Shown here: positions 46,076 to 52,935 of the stretch, in pieces
Layout of the letters: each line of letters opens with the position of its first letter
Position numbering within the stretch: the stretch's first letter is position 1
Origin: Candidatus Portnoybacteria bacterium
Lineage (GTDB): Bacteria; Patescibacteriota; Minisyncoccia; Portnoybacterales; GWB1-42-6
NCBI GenBank assembly: GCA_028688325.1
Contig: JAQTYI010000002.1
Span: 161,284 to 225,283, forward strand
Length of the DNA: 64,000 nt
Reading direction: 5' to 3'
Translations under genes and position numbers: made by a program
Notes under the pieces: generated by a model
Database searches by the model: none
What the model was told of the DNA's origin: nothing
Seen by the model: the letters and a program-made list of their open reading frames with translations, nothing else

Positions 46076-46486
46076 TCATCGTTTAAATAAAAATTTCCAC
46101 CATTTCACCGGATTATTGTTCTTGGCCGGTTCGCTGGGTTGCGGTGTTTGATTGGAATTATTTTGCTCAGCAGCACCCGGCTGGTCGGCTGAAACATCAG
46201 GCACAATGACTACACTCTCCCCTTCTTTTTTCAAATTCAGCTTGTCTTTGGCCTCTTTTTCCAAATACGCCTGGCTGTTAAAATAACTTAGCAATTGGTC
46301 CAGTTCCTGCCCCTTTTTATCCATCTTGTCTATCTCGGCTTTAAGCGCGCCAATTTCCTGGTCCATCTGGCGCCTTTTATAAAACGCTTTGACCAGAACT
46401 AAGCTCAGCCAAGTAAAAGCCAGCAGCAGCAAAAAAAGAAAGGCCCGGGAAGTGAGAAGTTTTTTTAGCTTGTTTTCTGGCATCAA
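46076..46486 (-). CDS. ftsB: Septum formation initiator family protein (FtsB/DivIC-like)
   Basis: 136 aa; N-terminal TM then coiled coil (MDQEIGALKAEIDKMDKKGQELDQLLSYFNSQAYLEKEAKDKLNLKKEGE), C-terminal Pro/Gln-rich tail. Confidence 0.65.
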   Translation of the reverse strand: MMPENKLKKLLTSRAFLFLLLLAFTWLSLVLVKAFYKRRQMDQEIGALKAEIDKMDKKGQELDQLLSYFNSQAYLEKEAKDKLNLKKEGESVVIVPDVSADQPGAAEQNNSNQTPQPSEPAKNNNPVKWWKFLFKR

Positions 46487-46695
46487 TTTGCTAAAATGAA
46501 TATATGGATTTCACGCGCCGCTCAAAAGGAGCCAAACTTTTCTTAATTATTGCCACGGCTATCGTGGTCTTCAGCATGCTCGCCTTCACCCTGGCGCCGC
46601 TGTTTTAAATAATAACAGAGCTGAACGATTTTTCAAATCCGCCATTGGGCGGTTTTTTTATTTCTCGCGCATACGAAAAATAACAATTAAATTTA

Positions 46696-46793
46696 TTGTC
46701 ATCCCGAACGCAGTGAGGGATCTCTCGCGTATGCGAGATTGTTGCGCGGGTCGCTTCGCTCCCGCGAGATCCCTCGTTTCACTCAGGATGACA
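46696..46793. mobile_element. Second palindromic element family (TTGTCATCC(C/T)GAACG.AGTGAGGGATC...GATCCCTCGTTTCACTCAGGATGACA), full copy
   Basis: ttgtcatcccgaacgcagtgagggatctctcgcgtatgcgagattgttgcgcgggtcgcttcgctcccgcgagatccctcgtttcactcaggatgacatt; perfect long terminal inverted repeats. Confidence 0.7.
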
Positions 46794-46808
46794 TTATTTT
46801 CAATAATG

Positions 46809-48605
46809 TCACTTTTTCAGCACCTTCAAAAACACTTCCTGCGGAATATTGACGCTTCCGCGGTCGCGCATTTTCTTTTTCCCTTTCTTCTGCTTATCCA
46901 ATAATTTATTTTTTCGCGTCACATCTCCGCCGTAAAGTTTGGCCGTAACATCTTTGCGCCGGGCGGCTAAGTCCTCGCGCGCCACGATCTTTCCGCCAAC
47001 CGCCGCCTGCAAGGCCACCGCAAACATCTGCGGCGGCAATATCTCTTTTAGCTTCTCAACGATAGCTCGGCCTTCGCCTGCGGCCTTGTGGCGCGGAATT
47101 ATGCGCGCGAACGCCTCAATGGGATCTTGCGCCACCAGAATATCCAAGCGCACCAAGTCATCCTTGCGCCAGCCCAAAAGCTCATAACCCATAGAAGCAT
47201 AGCCAGAAGTGGCGCTTTTTAATTTGTCATAAAAATCTACGATGATCTCCCGCAGCGGCGCCTCATAGGAAATCACCACGCGCTGCGCGCCAAGATACTG
47301 CGTGTCCAGATAAGCGCCACCGGTCGATTGCAACAACTTCATAATAACCCCCAGATATTCGCTGGGCCCGATTACTTCCAATTTGACCCAGGGCTCGCGA
47401 ATTTCGTCGATGACGCTGGGGTCGGGCAGCTTTTGCGGAGAATAAATAACAAGCTCCTCCCTGTTCTTTTTTTTCACCCGATAGACCACGCTGGGCGTTG
47501 TCACGATCAGATCCAGATTATATTCCCGGCGCAGGCGTTCGGAAACTATTTCCAAATGCAGCATGCCCAAAAATCCGCACTTAAATCCCCGTCCCAAAGC
47601 ATCGGAACTTTCTGGCTCAAAGACCAGTGCCGCGTCGCTCAGTTTCAGCTTGGACAGCGCGTCGCGAAGCTGGTTGTAATCCTGCGCCTCCTGCTTTTCC
47701 AGCACCGCCGGGTAAAAACTGGCAAAGACCATCGGCTTTGGTTCTTTGTATCCGGGCAGCTGTTCAACATCGAAAGAGCCGGTAACGGTCATTGTATCGC
47801 CAACGCGGCATAGCGCCACCTCTTTGAGGCCTGTGGCTATATATCCTATTTCGCCGGCGCGCAATTCCTCTGCCGCCTTTAACGCTGGCGTGAAAATGCC
47901 GACTTCTATCGCCTCAACTTTCGCACCGCTGGCCATAAACATTATTTTATCTCCGCGTTTGATCCGGCCGTCGACTATCCGGACATATGCTAAAACACCC
48001 TTATAAGCGTCGTAATTGGAATCAAAAACCAAGGCGCGAAAAGGCCTATCCGCATCGATCTTGGGCGGCGCCACTTTTTTTATCACCGTCTGCAGCAATT
48101 CTTCAACACCAACGCCTTCCTTGCCGGAAATTTTGTAAATTTGTGCGTTTTGGCCCAGCAGTTCTTTTATCTCGTCTTCCACCATCTCAACCCGCGCTCC
48201 CGGCAAATCAATTTTATTTATCGCCGGCACAATGGTTAAGCCCTGCTGCTGCGCCAGATACAGGTTTGCCAGGGTTTGCGCCTGCACACCCTTGGTCGCA
48301 TCCACCAGCAAAATAGCGCCTTCAACCGCGGCCAGAGAACGGGAAACCTCGTAAGAAAAATCCACATGCCCGGGAGTATCTATGAGATTGAGCATATAAT
48401 CCCGCCCTTCAAAGCGATAACTCATTCGCACCGGTTGGAGCTTGATGGTGATGCCGCGTTCCCGCTCCAGTTCCATGGTATCCAAAAATTGCTCCTTCAT
48501 CTTCCTTTTTTCGATGGTGCCGGTCAATTCCAAAAAACGGTCCGCCAAAGTGGATTTGCCATGGTCAATATGAGCTACGATGCAGAAGTTCCTGATGTTA
48601 TTCAT
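46809..48605 (-). CDS. lepA: Translation elongation factor 4 (LepA)
   Basis: 598 aa; N-terminus MNNIRNFCIVAHIDHGKSTLADRFLELTG, GTPase G-motifs, LepA-specific C-terminal domain. Confidence 0.95.
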   Translation of the reverse strand: MNNIRNFCIVAHIDHGKSTLADRFLELTGTIEKRKMKEQFLDTMELERERGITIKLQPVRMSYRFEGRDYMLNLIDTPGHVDFSYEVSRSLAAVEGAILLVDATKGVQAQTLANLYLAQQQGLTIVPAINKIDLPGARVEMVEDEIKELLGQNAQIYKISGKEGVGVEELLQTVIKKVAPPKIDADRPFRALVFDSNYDAYKGVLAYVRIVDGRIKRGDKIMFMASGAKVEAIEVGIFTPALKAAEELRAGEIGYIATGLKEVALCRVGDTMTVTGSFDVEQLPGYKEPKPMVFASFYPAVLEKQEAQDYNQLRDALSKLKLSDAALVFEPESSDALGRGFKCGFLGMLHLEIVSERLRREYNLDLIVTTPSVVYRVKKKNREELVIYSPQKLPDPSVIDEIREPWVKLEVIGPSEYLGVIMKLLQSTGGAYLDTQYLGAQRVVISYEAPLREIIVDFYDKLKSATSGYASMGYELLGWRKDDLVRLDILVAQDPIEAFARIIPRHKAAGEGRAIVEKLKEILPPQMFAVALQAAVGGKIVAREDLAARRKDVTAKLYGGDVTRKNKLLDKQKKGKKKMRDRGSVNIPQEVFLKVLKK

Positions 48606-48614
48606 TTTATTTCT

Positions 48615-48710
48615 TTACCCTGAGCTTGTCGAAGGGCTGATATTTTCCATTTTATCTTTACCCCGAGCGATTTATCCCGATAAGAATTGAGGGAAGTCGA
48701 GGGGCATAAA
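48615..48710. repeat. Third repeat family (CCCTGAGC..GTCGAAGGGC / GGGATAAATCGCTCGGG modules), intergenic copy
   Basis: ctttaccctgagcttgtcgaagggctg...cccgagcgatttatcccgataagaattgagggaagtcgagggg; reverse-complement match to 50790-50870 inside murJ; related module at 45340-45410. Confidence 0.55.
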
Positions 48711-48767
48711 CAAAAAATCGCCTTTTAGACGACTTTATTCTGGCACAGATCGGCTCTTTTTTCAACC

Positions 48768-49385
48768 TTAAATCAGGCCATCGAATTTATCATAAAAATC
48801 CCTGGCCGCTTGGACGATTTTTTCATCGCCCCGCATTTTCGCGACGAAAAGATTAACCTGGTCGATAAAATCAAAATCAAATCCGCCATCCACTAGAACC
48901 AGCGCGCGGGTCTTGTCGCTGGGCCTTTCAATAAAATATTTTTGCAAAAATCCGTGCCAGCGAACAATGTCTTTTTCGGGCAGGCCGAATTTCTTTTCTC
49001 CTTCCAAAACGCCGTCAAAAAATCCCGCCAATTCAGTCCAGCCACTGAACCGGTCATACAGCAATTCGTCCTGTAAAAATTTCAAAGAAACGCTCAAAAC
49101 ATGATGCGGCTCGATATAGAAAGGATGGTCTTTAAGCAAGCGATAAAAATTTCCCCACCTTTCATCCAGCAAAGAATGGAAATGCGCACCCGCGAAAAAA
49201 GAGTCCTCTTTGGCTATTTCTTCGATGCTCTTGCCGTCCTGATGGGTTTTCTCTCTGTCCAAGTTATCGTAATACCGGATATCGGGAAAACTTGTGCCGA
49301 CAAAAAATTCCTTCCGGTCTTTGCCGGAAAAATATTTGTCAAAAACTTTATTGGCCAAAACAATATGAGTGATGGGAGCGGCCAT
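48768..49385 (-). CDS. Hypothetical protein (possible metal-dependent hydrolase)
   Basis: 205 aa; no signal peptide; His-rich segments (ITHIVLANKVF; FFAGAHFHSLLDE) loosely resemble the N-terminal domain of the 1217-aa protein at 59476-63129; no confident family. Confidence 0.35.
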   Translation of the reverse strand: MAAPITHIVLANKVFDKYFSGKDRKEFFVGTSFPDIRYYDNLDREKTHQDGKSIEEIAKEDSFFAGAHFHSLLDERWGNFYRLLKDHPFYIEPHHVLSVSLKFLQDELLYDRFSGWTELAGFFDGVLEGEKKFGLPEKDIVRWHGFLQKYFIERPSDKTRALVLVDGGFDFDFIDQVNLFVAKMRGDEKIVQAARDFYDKFDGLI

Positions 49386-49388
49386 AAT

Positions 49389-51128
49389 TTAATCCTGGAT
49401 TATTTCTTTATCGGACGCCACTTGCTTGAACGGCAAGCGATTCTTCATGGCTTGCCAGAAAATCTGCATCTCGGGCGAGCGCAACAAGAGTCCCGCCAGA
49501 AAATAAATTATCAAGCCGGCTATCCCGGCAATGAACCCCTGCGCCAACAGCCCCAAAAGGGTGCGGGTATCAACAAATTTATCCATGAACAACAAAACCC
49601 GCCAGGCAACGACTCCCGTCAAAATAGACGCCGACAATATTTTTACTCCGCTGGCAAAAATTTCACCAAACAGCAAGCTGCTTACGCCGCTTTTTCCCGA
49701 ATCAGCGGGAAAGGCCCGGCCGGTTTTTCGCTCCAAAGACAGCCACAACAATACCATATTCAAAATGCCACCGAGCGCATAACCCAACGCTAACCCCGCC
49801 ACGCCCAACGAGAAAGAAAAATACCACGCCAAACCGATGCGCACGAAAGAGCTTAAAAATCCCAGCCAGAAAGGCGTCTTGGTGTCTTCCAGCGCAAAAA
49901 ATCCCCGCACCAGCAGCAAATTCAGCGCTTCGGCAAAAAGCCCGACGACTAAAAACTCCAGAGTGTTGATGGCCGAAATCGTGTTGGCCCAACTGAATCG
50001 GCCCGTACCTAAAATAACGCGGACAATTTGCGCGCGCAAAACGATGAATAACGCGCTGGCCGGAATTATCAAAAAAAGTATCTGCCGAAAAGTGCTGGAA
50101 AGTGTTTTGGCAAAAGCATTCTTATCCCCCGCCTTGGCGTCTCCGGCTAGCGCCGGAAAAGCCGCCATAGCGAGCGATCCAGCCAAGATTCCCAGGGGAA
50201 AGCTGTAAATATTGTAAGACAGGTCGAATATCGCCAAACTTCCGGCCGCCAGAGTTGAAGCCAAAATCGTTATCGCCAAAAAATTTATCTGCGCCACCGC
50301 CAAAGTCAAAATGCGCGGCACGGTCAATTTAGCCATACGCCTGGCCGCGCTGTCGGCCCAGTTGAATATCGGCCGGTATTTATAGCCCAAAGACAAAATT
50401 GACGGGATTTGAATCGCCATGTGCAAAAACGCTCCCAAAACAACGCCCCAAGCCAGGCCGTAGATGCCAAAACGCGGCACCAAAAATAGAATGCCGAAAA
50501 TTATGCCCAGATTATAAAATATGGGCGTCAAAGAAAATATCAGAAATTTTTTCACGCCCTGCAAGATTCCACCCCAAATGGAACTGGCGCCCAGCAATAT
50601 GGGGCTTAAAAACATTACTCGCGTCAGCGCAACCGTCAAATTCATTTTATCCGTGCCAAATCCCGGCGTGATAAGTTTTACAAAAAACGGCGCGAAGATA
50701 AAAAACACGGCGGCCACGACCATGAGGCCCAGGCCCAGAATATTCAAAACATTATTCACAAAATCCCAAACTTCCCGGCGGTTTTTAGACCCCTCGACTT
50801 CCCTCGCCTCAGCTCGGGATAAATCGCTCGGGGAATAATTATTATTGCCTAAGCTTGTCGAAGGCCTGTTCCACAACCCGATGAACACCGGAATAAACCC
50901 CGCCGAAAGCGCGCCCAGAACCAGCAAGTTATAAACCGTGTCGGGAATGCGGAAAGCCGCGTAATAAACATCCAGGGTATCGCCGGCGCCAAATTGCCCG
51001 GCCAGGAGCCGATCGCGCAACAAACCCAAAAAACGGCTGGCCAGAGAAGCCAGCGCCAAAACCAAAGCCGCGCTCGTTATGCTGCGCGATTGGCCGTTGA
51101 AAATTTTATCGGTCAAGAATTTAAACAT
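49389..51128 (-). CDS. murJ: Lipid II flippase MurJ (MviN family), carrying an in-frame repeat-element insertion
   Basis: 579 aa; MurJ N-terminus (SAALVLALASLASRFLGLLRDRLLAGQFGAGDTLDVYYAAFRIPD), ~14 TM. Segment ...RPSTSLGNNNYSPSDLSRAEAREVEGSKN... (50790-50870) is the translated third-family repeat. Confidence 0.85.
   Translation of the reverse strand: MFKFLTDKIFNGQSRSITSAALVLALASLASRFLGLLRDRLLAGQFGAGDTLDVYYAAFRIPDTVYNLLVLGALSAGFIPVFIGLWNRPSTSLGNNNYSPSDLSRAEAREVEGSKNRREVWDFVNNVLNILGLGLMVVAAVFFIFAPFFVKLITPGFGTDKMNLTVALTRVMFLSPILLGASSIWGGILQGVKKFLIFSLTPIFYNLGIIFGILFLVPRFGIYGLAWGVVLGAFLHMAIQIPSILSLGYKYRPIFNWADSAARRMAKLTVPRILTLAVAQINFLAITILASTLAAGSLAIFDLSYNIYSFPLGILAGSLAMAAFPALAGDAKAGDKNAFAKTLSSTFRQILFLIIPASALFIVLRAQIVRVILGTGRFSWANTISAINTLEFLVVGLFAEALNLLLVRGFFALEDTKTPFWLGFLSSFVRIGLAWYFSFSLGVAGLALGYALGGILNMVLLWLSLERKTGRAFPADSGKSGVSSLLFGEIFASGVKILSASILTGVVAWRVLLFMDKFVDTRTLLGLLAQGFIAGIAGLIIYFLAGLLLRSPEMQIFWQAMKNRLPFKQVASDKEIIQD
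50790..50870. mobile_element. Third-family repeat copy inserted in-frame in murJ
   Basis: cccctcgacttccctcgcctcagctcgggataaatcgctcggggaataattattattgcctaagcttgtcgaaggcctg; reverse complement of the 48615-48710 module. Confidence 0.6.
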
Positions 51129-51147
51129 CCTAATATTTTAACTCAAC

Positions 51148-51211
51148 TTGTCATCCTGAACGAAGTGAGGGATCTTTTATTTTTAGATTCTTCGCTTCGC
51201 TCAGAATGACA
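51148..51211. mobile_element. Second-family palindromic element, short copy
   Basis: ttgtcatcctgaacgaagtgagggatcttttatttttagattcttcgcttcgctcagaatgacaaa. Confidence 0.65.
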
Positions 51212-51275
51212 AACTATGTTCACTTACTCACACCTCAACCCTCTCATTTTATCACCAAATCCGCAAAAGATAAAA

Positions 51276-51306
51276 AAACGGGGCTTCGCATCGCGAAGCC
51301 CCAAAA
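51276..51306 (-). terminator. GC-rich rho-independent terminator downstream of the 51338-52057 gene
   Basis: Minus strand reads ggggcttcgcgatgcgaagcccc + ttttttt (10-bp stem). Confidence 0.65.
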
Positions 51307-51337
51307 GGGTACAAGAAAAAAGATACAAGAGTAAAAC

Positions 51338-52057
51338 TCAGGAAACCGCCTGGCGAGAACGCAAATTGTCGCTCGCATCGCCGGGACCGTTCCAACCGAC
51401 CCCGAACCCGGCGCCGCCCCAGTCGGCGCTCGGCACATGGCCATCGCCATAGCGCGAACCCGTGCACAGCGTCCAGTTGATGATATCCAGATGCTTGCCG
51501 GTTTCCTTGAAGAACTTGGGCTCATAGACAAGCCGCTCTTCCAGGGTGATGCCGGGGATGTTTTTTTGCTTAAGGTCGTTGGCGGAGAGATTTTTCAGCT
51601 CCTCGTCGGCTTCAACACGGTCGCGAACCCAAACGGCATAGGCGCCGTTTTTGGCCGAGCGGTCGGAGGTGACGATTTTATCCAGATCTTCGTCTGTATA
51701 TTTCCAACTCGGAAACAGCTGCGCGCACTTGTCGTAGAGACGCTGAGCGGTCATACCTGGGATCAGGATGAGCAGGCGGTCAAAGCCGGCTCGCTTGGCC
51801 GGAATGACCAAATCGGTGAAATCCGCCTCTATGCCGAAGACATCGCGGTAGAATGCTTGCCAGTCGGCGAGCAGGTCGAGGTACGGATTTGCGGCCGAAA
51901 ATATTTTCCGCACTTGCGCCGTTAGTTTTCCTTTGTTGCCGACCCAGCTTTCAGCCGTTTCAAAAGTCATGCCAGTTGGCACCCCCTGCACCAGAGCCGA
52001 AATGATATCCTTCATCTGGCCCGGTGTCATCGTTCGGACAGTCCGATTATTTTTCAT
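51338..52057 (-). CDS. Hypothetical protein encoded in a compositionally atypical (GC-rich) segment; probably horizontally acquired
   Basis: 239 aa; strong RBS (AAGGGAGG) before the ATG; GC visibly higher than neighbours (all six frames open: 51244-51531, 51216-51452 etc. are shadow ORFs); no recognisable domain. Confidence 0.5.
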   Translation of the reverse strand: MKNNRTVRTMTPGQMKDIISALVQGVPTGMTFETAESWVGNKGKLTAQVRKIFSAANPYLDLLADWQAFYRDVFGIEADFTDLVIPAKRAGFDRLLILIPGMTAQRLYDKCAQLFPSWKYTDEDLDKIVTSDRSAKNGAYAVWVRDRVEADEELKNLSANDLKQKNIPGITLEERLVYEPKFFKETGKHLDIINWTLCTGSRYGDGHVPSADWGGAGFGVGWNGPGDASDNLRSRQAVS

Positions 52058-52236
52058 CAGCAGTTCCTCCCTTTCTTGTTGTTAAGGAGCCATCTTTGGC
52101 TCTATTTGGCGCGTTATTGCGCCTTAAAAGCTGTATTATTAGTATACCACCACTCTCTTTATCTGTCAATAGTCAGCGGCAATGTCCACACACCGACATA
52201 AACCCAATAAACAAACAGGAATGTTAGTGGTATATA

Positions 52237-52902
52237 AGCGATAGCATAAATACCCACAACATTTGTATCATTCAAAATACCCGTGATTAACTGTTCTGCT
52301 TTATAAGATTGGTAAAATGCTTTTTCAAATGCAATTCATTGTCTATTTTTTCTATGATCCCGTATCTGACATAGGGCTTGATCTGAAAAAATTCCACCAA
52401 AAAATATATTTCGTCGATACAGTCAAACGGATGAATAAAAATACTTTTTTGAAATTCAAAAAATCCCAATTTTTTCAATTTGCTTCTCAAAGCATCCCTG
52501 GCCGGCTTTTGCCTCTCAGGGATATCAAAAAGGACTATTCGCCATTTTCCATCCCAACGCATAAATTTTATGCGCATTTTTTCCATATCATACCGTAAAA
52601 CTTTTTGCTTGCCCTTTTCCGTTAAAATCAAAGAGAATGTTCCGTCATTATTATTTTTTATGCTAACCAGCTTAGAATGATAAAGTTCTCTTATTTCTTC
52701 TTTGATTTTCTGATCATCGATATCCCTCCAGCCGCCTTTTAATTTTCCCAAAATTTTAAAATATCTTCCGGGACAACGATTCAATGCTAAAGCCGCTCCA
52801 GCCGTCAATAACAATAATATCTTTTTTTTATTTTGCGTTAAATTGCTCATAAAAACATTGGATCAAATGTCGCGGGTATTTGAGCGATAGCATAAATACC
52901 CA
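52237..52902. mobile_element. Putative small cassette bounded by 20-bp direct repeats (agcgatagcataaataccca) carrying one gene
   Basis: Direct repeats at 52238-52257 and 52883-52902 flank the 52287-52850 ORF exactly; interior is much more AT-rich than the adjacent GC-rich gene. Confidence 0.5.
52287..52850 (-). CDS. Small secreted/membrane-anchored protein with a PaaX-C/Cas2-like fold segment
   Basis: 187 aa; N-terminal hydrophobic segment; core DGKWRIVLFDIPERQKPARDALRSKLKKLGFFEFQKSIFIHPFD resembles the W.G.W..v.yDiPe..r..Rd.Lr..L...GF..lQ.Sv motif of the PaaX central (Cas2-like) domain family. No CRISPR array present. Confidence 0.4.
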   Translation of the reverse strand: MSNLTQNKKKILLLLTAGAALALNRCPGRYFKILGKLKGGWRDIDDQKIKEEIRELYHSKLVSIKNNNDGTFSLILTEKGKQKVLRYDMEKMRIKFMRWDGKWRIVLFDIPERQKPARDALRSKLKKLGFFEFQKSIFIHPFDCIDEIYFLVEFFQIKPYVRYGIIEKIDNELHLKKHFTNLIKQNS

Positions 52903-52935
52903 AATAATTATTAAAAAATTAAAATGAGTTGTTTA

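Noticed and set aside
46503-46607. 34-aa plus-strand ORF MDFTRRSKGAKLFLIIATAIVVFSMLAFTLAPLF
   Set aside because: Hydrophobic and plausible as a small membrane protein, but no convincing RBS and opposite to the local strand bias; not reported as a feature.
51216-51531. Overlapping ORFs 51216-51452 (+), 51244-51531 (-), 51252-51467 (-)
   Set aside because: Artefacts of the GC-rich composition of the 51338-52057 gene region; kept only the 239-aa frame, which has a strong RBS.
52287-52850. Calling this protein Cas2
   Set aside because: Motif similarity is to the broader PaaX-central/Cas2-like fold only; there is no adjacent cas1 and no repeat array, so a CRISPR role is unsupported.
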